This document shows, one piece after another, positions 37,139 to 49,979 of a stretch of DNA of 64,000 bases (position 1 is its first letter; each line of letters starts with the position of its first letter). Position numbers and translations under genes: made by a program. The notes beneath the pieces are model-generated. The model did not search any database and had not been told where the DNA came from. It saw only the letters and a program-made list of their open reading frames with translations. The DNA lies in assembly GCA_000388065.2 (NCBI GenBank), contig KB932202.1. One strand, given 5' to 3'. The DNA comes from Fonticula alba ATCC 38817. Taxonomy: Eukaryota > Protista > Nucleariida.

Positions 37139-39069
37139 GGTGCGAGCGGGGGGAGGGGCGGGGGGGGGGGGGGGGGGCGGACAATCGGGGGGGGGGGGGG
37201 GGGGGGGTGAGTTGGTGGGTGGGTGNNNNNNNNNNNNNNNNNNNNNNNNNNNNNNNNNNNNNNNNNNNNNNNNNNNNNNNNNNNNNNNNNNNNNNNNNNN
37301 NNNNNNNNNNNNNNNNNNNNNNNNNNNNNNNNNNNNNNNNNNNNNNNCCGGTGCTACACCTGCCGCCCCGGGGGGGGGGGGGGGAGCAGGGGGCCGAATG
37401 GAGGCTTGATGAAAATTCCGATTGCCGCTCCCTCCGAGGGATCTCGTCCCCCCCCCTCCTGTCTCCGGGGGGAAAAAAAGAGCATCCGACTGAGGGAGGA
37501 TGCATGTGCAACCCATTCGGAAGGATGGCGCTTTCAGCTCGGCAGTGTGTGGTTACACCCCCCCTCGGCGAGTCTCGGGGGCCAACCAGGACCGTGTCCC
37601 CGGAGAACTGCCCACACATCCCTTCTCCGCAGGGCGGAGCGGGACGGGGGCACAAGAGTGAATTCCCCCAGATGCACGCCGCCAAGAGAGAGCACGCGTA
37701 CGCACACACACGCACACACACGCACACATCGTAGGCTTGAACGCCGAAGAGAGGCTCCTCCCCAGGCAGACATCGCCCCGTCGTTAACAACAGCCCTTTC
37801 GCCGAGAGGCAGCCAGAAGGTGAGAAGAACCACCGACTGCGCCCGCTGCCAGGTCGCCCACAGCACAGATGCCCCCCCCCCCCACCCAGGAGGCGGAAGA
37901 CTGAGACCTCACCAGCCGACGGCCGAGCTCGGGTCCCAGCACGTCTGCGGCCACGCCCCATCCCGCCCTCCCCCCATGACACATCCACGTTCCGTCACGC
38001 CCGCCAGACGAATGGACATGGCAAAGGGACCACCTAATGAGCTGGGGGGGGGGGGGAACCATCCCGCGGCTCGATACTCACCGGGGCGGTAGCCGAGAAA
38101 GATAGAGTTGCCTGCCCCCAGGGGACGCGGTGGCGCGTGTGAGGCGGAGGAGGGCATACAAATTGCCCAAAATGCGCCGCGGGTGTGATTAAACTATATC
38201 ACATGATTGACACATGGGGGCTGACGGCCAACACCGCCTGGTCCGCCACAAGGCCCACCCCACCGGCACGCCACGATGGTCGGCCTGGCCTCTCGGTCCC
38301 TGGGACCGGCGTTGTGGGCACGCGGATGGGCGCCCGAGGGGGCGCATGCGTGCGGGAGCCCTCTCCCCTCCGGCCCCCCGTCCGCCCCTCCGCCCTCCTC
38401 CCTCCTCCCTCCTCCTGGATGTGGGAGAGAGAGAGAGAGAGGGGGCGGGAGATCGATCCGGTTCGGCGGCGAGATCCTTCTTCGGCCGGCCGCTTCCCCC
38501 CGGCCGCGCATCCCCTCTCCAGCCAGACTCCTGCCCTCCCTCCCCCCCCCCTTCCCCCGCTCGGCGTCCTGCCTCTCTCTCCTTTGCCCCTCCCTCGCTC
38601 AATCGCGCACGCCCTGGCTCCTCGCTGAGGCTAGGACAGCTACGCCGACACCCTCTCTCCCTCTTTGGACTTTGGCGAATTCAGTGGTGGTCTCGCTCCA
38701 GCGTCCCACCCACCTCTCCCCTTCTCCCTTCTCCGATTGTGCGTCGCCACTCCTCTCCCCCGCATGTTCCCCCTACGGCCCCGGTGTCCGGCCGCTTCTG
38801 CTCCATGCCACGCCCTGCCGCGATGTCTTCCCTTTTGGCATGCTGTGGGCCTGCCCCGATTGTGCCATGCGGCGGACCAACACTCGGAGGGGTGATGAGC
38901 CGCGCGCACGGCGTACCACTACGCCGACACCCCCTCTCTCGGCGAAGGAGGAAAGAAAAGTGCCCGGCACAACACCCACCACCTCCCGGTCGCCCTGTCT
39001 AACATCTCCACGTTCTGTGCCCGTCCACTCGGAAAAAAAAAACAACAAAAAAACATCCGCCATAGCAAC

Positions 39070-40475
39070 ATGGCTCACGGATCTTCCAAGAAGAAGGCCC
39101 CTGGCGCTGAGAGCCCTTTCTCCATGGTCACCGCCAATCTCTACATGCATCTCCTGCCGGCCGACATGGGTGACCCCCGCCGGGGCATCGACCAGCGTCT
39201 GAATGCCATGCTGCTGCAGTGCGTATCCGGCACCGGGGCTCCCCTTTGCACGCATACTGGCGACCGAATCCCCTGACACGCCATCCATCCCGGCCCCCCC
39301 CCCCCCCCCCCCGCTTCTCCGGCACAATCGCATCCGTTCTCGTGCCGGCTGCCAGTCACTCGCAGCACATTGGCGGCACGGTCCTCTCCTACTCGGATGT
39401 TCAGTTCCTTGACGATGCTGGCAAGCCGGCCTCCAGCACCAAGAACATTGTCTCCGGCCGCATCATCAACGATGCCCCATTCATTCATGTGACCGTCCGC
39501 GCGAAGTTCCTCGTTTTCAAGCCCAAGGTTGGCAGCCAGCTGGGTGCGTCGGCTGGACTTTGCGCCTTTTCTCCGGTAAAGGCCTACCTGGCCACTGACA
39601 CATGCATCCCCCCCCCCCCCCCCCCCCCCCNNNNNNNNNNNNNNNNNNNNNNNNNNNNNNNNNNNNNNNNNNNNNNNNNNNNNNNNNNNNNNNNNNNNNN
39701 NNNNNNNNNNNNNNNNNNNNNNNNNNNNNNNNNNNNNNNNCCCCCCCCCGACAGTGGGCTCTGTCATCAAGATCGGTCCGGATCAGGTCGGTATGCTGGT
39801 CCTCGGCCTGTTCAATGCCTCCATTCCCACGGAGAACCTGGGCTCGGAGTTTGCCTACGACTATTCGGAAGGCGTTTATCGCAAGGCCTCCAAGTCCGGC
39901 AGCGAAGTGGCCATTGCCGTCGGCACCCGGCTGGCTTTCTCCGTGCAGCGGTACGCCATTGAAGCATCCTCCCCTCGCTGTGCCGTTGTGCCGCTGTGCC
40001 GCTGTGTGCACACCCCGCTGTCGGGCGTCTGACCACGTACAACCTCTTTTGCCCCCCCCCCCCCTCCCCCATTTTTCCCTTCCCTCCTCCCGCCTCCCTC
40101 CCTGGCTCGGCCTCATCCAGTCTCGACACTGTCAATGGTATCTTGGCCATGACTGGGTCTCTGCGTGGAAGCTCGGCCATCATCTCCGGGCCGGAGCTGG
40201 CTCCGCACTCGCGCAGCGCGACCGCTCGCCTGGCTGTGTCCACCTCCACCGAGGACCTGATTCAGACTGAGGGCAGCGACGATCCGGACTCCGATGACTT
40301 CGACCCGGTGGCCGCGGCCATGGCCGATGCCGCCAGTGAGATTCGCTCTGCCGCCAACAAGTCCACCGACAAGAAGAAGTCCAAGGAGAAGGTCAGTCGC
40401 AAGCATGAGGAAACCACCGACCAGGCTGCCTCTGAACGCAAGTCCAAGAAGTCTCGGAAGTCCTCCTCTGATTGA
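39070..40475 (+). CDS. RPA43: RNA polymerase I subunit A43 (exons 39070-39218, 39356-39543, 39755-39950, 40121-40475)
   Basis: LYMHLLP, GTVLSYSDV, IINDAPFIHVTVRAKFLVFKPKVG, GSVIKIGPDQVGMLVLGLFNASIP, and the Lys-rich C-terminal tail typical of A43 rather than Rpb7 or Rpc25. Confidence 0.85.
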
Positions 40476-40607
40476 GAAGGCGACAAGAGTATGCCCTGGT
40501 TAATGGTCCTTACTTTTGGGCCTTCCCCCCTCCTCTCCTCTTGGAGGCTTGGGTGGAAGGGGAAAGCCACGATCAAAGATCACCAAGCGCTTCGCCGCGG
40601 GCTGCGT

Positions 40608-40654
<47 letters not shown>

Positions 40655-41127
40655 ACCCCGCGGGTGTGGGGGGGGGTGGGCCAAACCCGCTGGGGGGCCG
40701 CGGGGGGGCCCCCCCCCCCCCCCCCCCCCCGGGGGGGGGGGGGGGGGAAGAGCCCCGCGGAGGTGGGGGCCAACGCATATGGTGTCCCCGGGGGGGGGAT
40801 GGGCCCCGGGGGGTTTTCGGGGCGGGGGGGGGGGGGGGGGGGGGGGGTGAGTTGGTGGGTGGGNNNNNNNNNNNNNNNNNNNNNNNNNNNNNNNNNNNNN
40901 NNNNNNNNNNNNNNNNNNNNNNNNNNNNNNNNNNNNNNNNNNNNNNNNNNNNNNNNNNNNNNNNNNNNNNNNNNNNNNNNNNNNNNNNNNNNNNNNNNNN
41001 NNNNNNCCCCCCTCCATCAGCTACACCCTAGATTTCTTGCTCCCTCTTTAGTCTTGTCTTCTGTGCGCATGCATGCAAGGCTCTGGCCAATCCAAATATA
41101 TACCTCCAAAGAAACACTTCTCCGTGC

Positions 41128-41172
<45 letters not shown>

Positions 41173-42793
41173 TGCCCGATACCTCATGCCTCTCGGGGGA
41201 TACATATAGACAAACACACATTGGCAAGAGAGGGCGGCCGCCCCCGCCCCCCCCCCTCGCAGCCAAGGACAAACACACAGCTGATTTTGGAAGTTTTTGT
41301 ATTTTTTTTGTTTTTCTGTCTAGAGCGGAGGAAGGATGGCAGACATTCTAGGAAGAAATAAAGGGCAAAAGAAGGATATTGAGGGAGGGAAGGCTGCCGC
41401 CTCGCGCGCTGTCCGGCACTGTTCCCCGCGCCTCCGCGGCCCGCGAAGAACGCGGGCCAGGAAGCAGCATGGAGGGGAAAGGGCGCAGGGACCGCGGGCA
41501 GCAGCAGGAGAATGTTGAGATTTTTGTCATTTTTAACTGTCATTTTGAAAAAACTCAAATGGCTTCTTTCGCGGGAGCCGCCCTCTGCGACTCCTCCCTT
41601 CTTCTCCGGCTGTCTCTCTCGCTCACTCGCTGACCCGAGGCATGGTGTGCACTCGGTGTGGGTGTGGGTGTGCATGTGCTGCCGCAGACACACGCACACA
41701 CGCACATCAGCAGGACTCCTTGTGTCTGGCCATGGAGGAACACACACGAGGGAAACACACCATGGGCGGCGCGGAATATAGAGGAGGTACTTGGACCTTC
41801 TCCAATGACGCGTCCCCATGTGGGTGTGCGGCGGCACGCCGCCCCACAGCCGTCGGCCGTGGTCTCTCTCCCTCATGGAGAGGGAAAGAGGGGCGGCCCC
41901 GGTGAGCCTCCTCGGCAGACTGAGTACCACACACGTTGCTGTCTCGCGCGAGGAGAGGGGCGGGACAGCCCCCATGCACGCGCACAAAACGAAGAAGACA
42001 GCCCCGTGCAGGTATCAAAGCCAACAGCGCGCTCACGCACATATGCACAAGGAAGGAGAAAGAGAGAGGGGGGGGGGAGGAAGGAGGGAGAGCGCACAGC
42101 AGCCCCCGCGCACGCCGGAGGGGCGTCGGCCCAGATGCCGGGGGGGGGGGATATGTTGAATGGGGATAATATACAAGGACGGATGGGAAGAGCGGGGAGT
42201 GGGCCGTTGGGCCCCTCTGCCTCGCCGGCTTTTGCGCGCGCGCGCGCGCGCGCACACACGCAAACTGGCGCACATAAACCACCATACACACCCCCGGAGA
42301 GGGAGGGAGAAGGGGAGGAGGAGAAGGGGATGAAGGAACATCGGACCAGGGAGTCACCCCTGCTCAGATGGTCACCACAGGTGCTCTCTCACCACCCGCT
42401 CTCAACCGTACCCCCCGTCCTTTTCTCTGACTAGGATGTGAGAGAATGGGTGTGAAGGCGCCGCCGTAGACGTGTGCCGGGCTGTGTGCGCGCCGCAAGA
42501 AGAAGAAATGTGAAGAGGGAGCGGGCTGGCAGAGGGAAGAGGGACACGAACACAGACACATGCGAATGTGCCTGTGCGTGTGTGAAGGAGGCAGCAACAA
42601 AAAGGAAGAGAGGAGGGAGGGAGGAGAGGGCAGGGAGAGATGCACACTGCCCCCACTGGCGCTGTAGGATGTACACATGCGCAACACCGTCGTGGACAGC
42701 AGGCAGAGGGCACTTTCCCGCACCCCGGGCGCTCCCCCGACACTCCCCCTCTCCCTGTGGTTTGCTGCCTCCCGCGATCTCTTCGTCTGGCGC

Positions 42794-43788
42794 TTAGTGC
42801 TTCTTGTACTCAAGAAGCACGGGGTAGATGCGCTCGAAGGCCTGTTCGATTTCCTCGCACCGCTTTGCCCCGGTCAGGACAATCTTGCCGGAGACGAAAA
42901 TCAGCAGCACGACCTTCGGGTCGTGCATGCGGAAGATCAGCCCCGGGAAGAGCTCCGGGTCATAGTTGGACGAGCTGCCGTGGGTGTTCTGCAGCCCCTC
43001 CAGACGGATGGGGAAACGCACATCGCATGACCCGACCACATTCTGGATGGTGAAATCATTGAAGTCCACCTTGAAACCACAAGATCGGAAGAGCGTCGTG
43101 TACGTGCATGCGGAAGATCAGCCCCGGGAAGAGCTCCGGGTCATAGTTGGACGAGCTGCCGTGGGTGTTCTGCAGCCCCTCCAGACGGATGGGGAAACGC
43201 ACATCGCATGACCCGACCACATTCTGGATGGTGAAATCATTGAAGTCCACCTTGAAACCACACTTCTGAATGATGCGCATGAACTTGCGCGCAGCGAACT
43301 GCGACTCATTCTCGCTCTTAGCCCCGGTGACGACCATCTTGCCGGAGGCGAAGACCAAGGCAGTGGTCTTCGGCTCGCGGATGCGCATGATCACCGCGGA
43401 GAAGCGCCGAGGGTTGTACTCGGCATTGCGGGCCTTGGTGGCGATGTCACGCAGCTGCAGCGCGCAGTTCAGGTTGAGCGAGGCAACAATGTTCCTGTAC
43501 GAGAGGAAGGAGGGCAAAATGAAGAGACGCCACAATAGGGGGGGGGGAGATGTCAGCATGGGAGCCCCCGAGTGAGGAAGAGGGGCGTACTGAGCCAAGA
43601 AACGGGAGGAGGAGAGAGAGGGGGGGGGAGGGAAGAACGCACTGAAGCTGTGGCCGAATGCCAGCAGTGATGGTCTGAGAGGGGGCGGCAGCCGGCACAG
43701 CGGCAGGGACCTGGGTGCTGGTGGGAACGGCAGGAGCGCTGGCGGGAGCGGCGCCTGTCGACTTGTTCTGGAAAGCCATAGTGGACAT
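42794..43788 (-). CDS. TBP: TATA-box binding protein (exons 43788-43643 and 43494-42794; the second exon carries an artefactual 181-nt insertion)
   Basis: [80 protein letters not shown] and [18 protein letters not shown]. Removing one repeat copy plus the adapter restores a single complete frame. Confidence 0.95.
42922..43262. repeat. Perfect 160-bp direct repeat (42922-43081 and 43103-43262) separated by 21 nt of Illumina adapter
   Basis: The two copies are identical by direct comparison. The spacer 43082-43102 is AGATCGGAAGAGCGTCGTGTA, the start of the TruSeq adapter read-through sequence. Confidence 0.93.
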
Positions 43789-46700
43789 GAATGAAAAGGA
43801 GAGGGAGAAACCCGGGGAGACGTGACCGACTGGGTGGGAAGAGTCGTCACAAGGAAACAGAGAGGGGAGATGTAGAAAAGGGGGGAGGAAAGGACGACTA
43901 TGTAGAGGCGAGAAAGAGAGGAAGGAAGAAAGAAAGAGAGGAGGAGGGGGAGGAGAGAATAGCGGGGGGACACCGATTTGGGAGAAGGGGATGCAAAAAA
44001 AACAGGAAGAGAAGAGGGAGAGAGGGGGGAGAGAGAGAGAGAGAGTAGGGACACACAACGTTAGCCATCATCATGCAATTCCCGGATGTTGAGGGGAAGA
44101 GAGGAGAGGAGGGGGAGAGAATCCTTCCCATACACCTCTCTTTCATCCTGCCCATGTGGGCCCCCTCCCTCTCCCCGCACAATGGCCATGCGAAGATGTA
44201 TCCGGAGCCAAAGGGGGGGGAAAGGGGAGAGGATGAGCGAGGATGAGCAAGAGGGATAGGAGAAGAGGAGGGAAAGGATTGGAGCCCGCAAACCAGATGC
44301 GCGTGTGCGTCATTCCCCGTGCTTATACACACACATACACACACACACACACGCATGCAAACGTGTGCACATCAAGCCAAAGACCTGGTGTGGGCAACAC
44401 ACGAGAAGGGACTTGCTTGCACGGAGGGGCGCATGAGGACTGACTTGCGCCCGGCCGCCGCACGCCTTGAAAGGGAACACAAGCAGGGCCACAGAGACAG
44501 GAGCAAAAGGAAGGCAAGAGAGAGAGAGAGGGAGAAGGATGGAATCACATCGCAGGGGGGGGGAGGCAGCAGGGAGGAGAGAGGGGCAGGCAACGAAAGG
44601 AAGATGCGACTTGGCCTGCAAAACCCCCATTTCCCTCTCTCCTCACTGGCCGCCGCCCGTGGGGATGTGTGTCTATCTATCTCTCGCTCTCTCTCTCTCT
44701 CTCTCCGTGCATCCTTCCCCCGGTCGGTAGGAGGCTCCGTCTCTGCCGCCATGCCCGATCCGCCCCCCTCGCCCATGGCCCCGTCCCCCCCCCCCGCAAA
44801 GGGAGGAGCCGGGGATGGTGTGAAGGAGGAGAAAACGGGATGAAGGATATGCCGCTGTGGCCCCAGAACAATACTCTGCGCCGTCGCCACCGAACAAGCT
44901 CGTCGCCTCCAACGCGTGTACCTGCGGATGTGAGAGTGTCCGTCCGACAAGGACCCTCCCCTCCATGTGTGTATGGGCCATGCATGAACACGGTGCATCT
45001 GCACAGAGGGCGCATCTGATGAGAGGTGCTCCCACACGCCCGGGAGGTCTTCGCACACACACGCATGGCACGCTGCTCGCCCTTCCCCCCTGGAGGGCAA
45101 AGAGAGGCAGGCACACCATCGAGAAAGACACATCCGCGGGAAGGGGCAAACATCAGCCCCAAGCGCTCCTGGCCGCCCCCCGCCCCTCTCTCTCTCGCCA
45201 GATCCCACTGCATAGGCGGAATCCACGAAGAACGGGAGACACCGACAGCTGAGGCGAGGAGAGAGAGAGAGAGAGAGAGGAGGAGCGAGGGAGGATGGGG
45301 AGGGCAAAAAAGGGAGGCTGTCCCTCTTTTGCCTTGGCCGCCTGTGTCGAGAGAAAGGAGGGCGCGTCCGCCTGCCTGGAGAGAGTGCTCGCATGTGAAA
45401 AGTAGAGGCACACCGGTGGCCGCATGACGCGCCAGGTGGCCATGACTTGTCCCCCCGGCTCGCCCACCCCCCTCCCCCGCTCGTACATATCCTGTCGCTC
45501 CCACGTGTGTGGGAGAAGCATGCACACGCGCCGTTCCATACTCCAGCATGCCTGGCGACCAGAATATGATATGCTGATCGCCGACAACGAGAGGAATCAC
45601 CCCGTGTCCGGTGAGGGACAAAAGGAGCAGGAAGAGTGCGTACTACAAGCACCCAAGATCGCCCAGGCGCCCAGGCGCCGAGGAGACACACGACGGGTTA
45701 TGGGAGGAGGGAGGACATATGACGAGCGGGGGAAGGAGGGGGGGGGGAAGGGCACACGCACACGCACACACACACGCCGATGCGGAGGGGTGTGCAAATG
45801 CATGAATACACGCATTTGAGCACCTCAGAAGGCAGGAGACGCGGGCCTTTGTCCGGACACCGACAAGCACGAGACATTGAGGAGGGTGGAGCAAATGGGG
45901 AAGCAAAAAGGCAACGGAGGGAGGGCGCGCGACGCGCTCCCCCTCCCACTGGCACGCCGCCTCCATCATGCATGCTCAACACACGGACACCACTCGCCAT
46001 TGGATCATCATCTGCCATGCTCGGGAAGAGGGAAACAGTGCGGCAGGACTCAACCAATGGAAGAGGAGCATTCGGAAAGGGAGGCAGCAAGATGACCGCG
46101 ACGAGTGGAGAAGGTGGAGAGCATGAAGAGGGAGCGGGAGGGCGAGGAGCGGGGGGGGAGGCGCGTGCGCGCGCCCACGCGAGAAGGGCAGATCAAGAGG
46201 CCGAGGCCATGGCACCTGGGGGAGGTGTGTGTGTGGCTGGGATGTACTTACGTTGATCGTGCTTCTACTACCGTCGCGATGCAGGCACCGAGTCGTGGAA
46301 GGACTCAGAGGGACAGCCGGAAGGAGAGGAGGGAGGGGGGGGGAGGTGCAAGGCCCAGAGAGCGAGAACTGAATCTCAGTCCTGATGCTTCGCAGAGGGG
46401 GGGGGGAGGGTCGGGAGCACAAGCGCGGACGGGGCCACGGGAGCTCAACCGGTTCTGGGTGGGGGGTCGGTCGGGGAGGAAGTCCTGCCTTTCGAGGGGG
46501 AAACGAAGGACAGAGTAAAGGAGCGAGCCTGTAGCCTGGCAGAACTGAATCGCCAAGTGAGACTAGTTACGACAAGAACGAAGACTCAAGCTTGTGTGGC
46601 GGCGGCGACGACGGCGGAGGTGGTGGCGGCGGCGCGGCGGCAAGGGCGCAAGGTTAGGCGAGGAGGCGGGCGCGACACCGCGGTCCGGGAGGGGAGAAGG

Positions 46701-47913
46701 GAGAAGGGAGGGGAGAAGGGAGAGAAGCGACGTGATGTGGGAGAGGAGTGGGAGACTCACCGTGGGGAGGAAACTTGAGAAAGCGGAAGCACTGCTTTGG
46801 GGAGGTGCAATGAACACGGGGCTGCAGGGAGAAATAGAAGGAGGAGAGGTTAGAGACAACACTCGGGAGGGGGAGGGGGAGGAGAGGGAGCACGAGGCGA
46901 CGCGACGGGGTATTCACCCATGCATGGAGGGGAAGGGGCGAGAGGGAGAGAGAGAGAGAGAGGGGGGGGGGGAGAGAGAGAGAACAGCGCAGCGCATGTG
47001 CACGCGCGCGCACGCATGAACGCGGGGGGGGGGGGGACATCGTGTGTAACGGGCAAAACAGGGGCGCAGCGCGGCAACCAGGGGAAGGGACGTCGGACAT
47101 ACGCTGTGTGTCGAGTGCGGCCTTACGTTGCGGGGAGCGAAAGCGCGTGCTGTGCGTGTGGCAGATATCGTTGTCGTCAATAGCGTTCTTTACTATGAAC
47201 TTTGCTGTCAACGCCCGGACAGGACCCCACGGAGGGGAGCCCCCTTATATACCTCTGAATTTCATTGGTGAAATGTCCGGTCGCCCCCGGCCGCTGGGGG
47301 GGGGGGGGGACAACCCCGGTGACCCCTCCCCGGCCCCCGGCCCACACATACCAGCCACCGCCGCCCCGCCCCCCCCCCAGCCCTGGTCCCTGGCCCGCCG
47401 ACCCCTTCTCCCGCGCGCGCGACAAACCGGGCGAGAACATATGGCCGCTCGCGGCCTCCCCCCCCCCCTCCCCTGGCTCCGGCCCCACACAAATGAGGCA
47501 GGTGGCCCGGTCCTGGCGCGTCCGGCACGCCCGCGGCCCTCTCCCCCCGGGGCTCCGGGAGGGGGGCAACACGGGCGCCCGGCGGCACAAGGCCGGAACA
47601 CAAACCCACATTGGGCGCGCGCGCGGAGAAAAATCCACGCGCAGGAGGAGGGGGGAGAGGGGAGGGGCGCGCCGACACCCGCGAGGAGGAGGGCACACCC
47701 CACGGCGGCGGGTGTGTGTGTCCCCTCTCCGGAGACGGCCGCCTCCCGGCAGCGCTTAAATACCGCCCCGCCCCCGCCGGCCACTCCCCCCGCCCGGCCC
47801 CCCCCGCACACACCCGCGGCCGCCACCTTCGGCGGGCTGACCCGCCCGGTGGCACTTGAGGGGCGCAACGCCCCGGCCCAAGGGCCAACGCCCGCGACCC
47901 TCGGCCACGATTG

Positions 47914-47946
<33 letters not shown>

Positions 47947-49979
47947 ACCCTGGGACAAAAGGGGCAAAGCGCGAGACGGGCCTTGGCGTGGGAACGTCGG
48001 GCATCGCCCAGAAAGCCCTGGAGAAGTCTGGAAAAAAGGGGCTGGGCTCCTCGGCGACCGGGCCGTCGGGGCGGGGGAGCGTCCCTAGCCCCCTCACTCG
48101 CAAGTGACGACCACCAGAGGACCCCATCCTCAGGCTCCCCGGTCCTCGGCCCTCACTCCATGCCCCGCCCCCCCGGCTCACCGGGGCACCACAGGCGCGC
48201 GTGCTCTCTTGCCCCTCCTGCCCGCTCGGCAGACGCGCCGGCTGGCTATGCGCGTCGGCAGTCGCCCCGCCTACCCCGCGGGGCTCCGAAGCCCGGGACC
48301 GCCTCCGAGAAACCCGGACGAACGCCCCCCCTCCCTGGCAGCACATCACGTAATCCCCCCCCCCCCCCCCACCCGCCCCCCCGGGGGGAGGCGGGGCAAG
48401 GGGGAGGAGGGCGGGGCGAGAGGAAGACACGCGAAGCCCGAAGTCTTCGGCTCGCACAGGCATGCGCCCTTCGGTGTCGAGGACCACTAGCCAAGGGGCG
48501 TAAGCAGAGACCAGCGCTCCGCGACCCTGCCCCCTGATCGTGCTGAACAGCAGGGCCAGGGCCTGTTGGTGAGAGACCGCCGAGGGGGGGGGGGGGAAGA
48601 CGTGCAGGGGATCCCCGACGGACCGCGCCGAAGCCCCAGGCCGCACTGCCAGGAGGCTCGGGAAAGATAGGCAGAGGAAAGAGGGAGAGAGAGAGAGGGA
48701 GAGGGTGAGAGCGAAAAAGGCAGACTGTCCGTGCGTCTGCCCACGAGCACACCAGAATGACCACACGACGGTCTCATGACAACCCCAACCCTAGCCACAC
48801 CCGCCGGTGTAGCCCATACCTAAATCACGGAGGTTAAGCTGCCAGGGGGGGGGCGGGCGGGACATTACCCCCTCCCCGGCCGGAGGCCGGGCGCGCAGAT
48901 CGGCCCGGCCTGACGAATGGGGCTTCGGAAGCAGATGGAATGAAGAGGAACACGGCAAGAGGGCAGGGGGACTGGGGAAACGCCACACGATGACACTAGA
49001 GGACGAAAAGCACAGAAGCCCCGCGATTTGGCCGTAGCTCCCCCCCCCCCACCCAGAGGGTCAACGCGCTCAGCCGATGGCGCAATAGAAAAGCCCCTAC
49101 TTTCGACCAGGGTCCCGAACACAGGTCACGCGGCCGGAACATTAATTACCCTGGCCCTGCGGTCTTTGAGGAGGGCCACTCTTCCCGGGTCCTTCTACCT
49201 CGGCAGGCCTGGTCACACCCTTCCCCCCCCCCCCCCCTCCCCCGCGACGGACCCTCCTGCATATATTGACCAGCTTTTTTTTATCAGACCCTTTACCCCA
49301 GGTCTTCCAGTTTCACACTTCTGTCTCTCCTTGACCCAGTCCAATGTATAAGCACGGAATAGCATTGCACATTCAACTCCCAGCGAACATCCGTCACCGT
49401 CAGTGGGGAATGATCGACCTCCAGTAGGGTGGCCGTGTCGCCCGCCGGAAGAACCTGTGCGTGGGAGGAGGAGGAAGCAGAAGCATGGACTGGGCATATT
49501 CCAGCGCAACGCGTCTTCCTGGCAGCACGTTTGTTGGTGTCCACGACGTATTTCCCCCCCTCGCGCTCCCTCTCCCTTTCTCGCCCTCGGCCATTTCTCG
49601 TCCTCAGCCCCTTCTCGCCCTCGGCCCTTCGCCATCTGCCCCCCCCCCCTCCCCCCAAAAAGACCACAATGCGGCTTTTCCGCGCCAACAGAGAAGAAAG
49701 AGGCAGGGAGTGCATTTTTTGTGCAGGATAGGAAATCGCATGTGTGAGGGGGGGGGGGGGGGGAGCGCATCCGCGTACATGCCCACATGCATGCATTTTA
49801 CATACATGCACACACACACACACGCACACGTGGGTAGCTGTGTCTGTCGCCTGAGGCTCGGTCGTGGGTCTTGGTGCGCACGCATGCGCCCGCACAACAC
49901 GGCGAGTCGGCCGGGGGGACTCTCCCCCCTGCCAAAGGTGACAGAGCGGCGGCACGCACAGGCGGGAGAGTGCACGCAA

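Noticed and set aside
42794-43309. Second TBP copy, TBP pseudogene or three-repeat TBP
   Set aside because: The copies are 100% identical and separated by Illumina adapter sequence, so this is an artefact.
47160-47215. U5-snRNA-like loop (GCGTTCTTTACTA)
   Set aside because: Does not match the invariant GCCTTTTAC loop, and I could not identify a stem or Sm site.
47987-47994. CSL consensus site CGTGGGAA upstream of TBP (a second lies at 39824-39831 on the minus strand, inside RPA43)
   Set aside because: About two hits of an 8-mer are expected by chance on both strands of 64 kb.
48780-48800. AACCCCAACCCTAG as a telomeric seed or telomerase template
   Set aside because: A single imperfect unit with no array or supporting structure.
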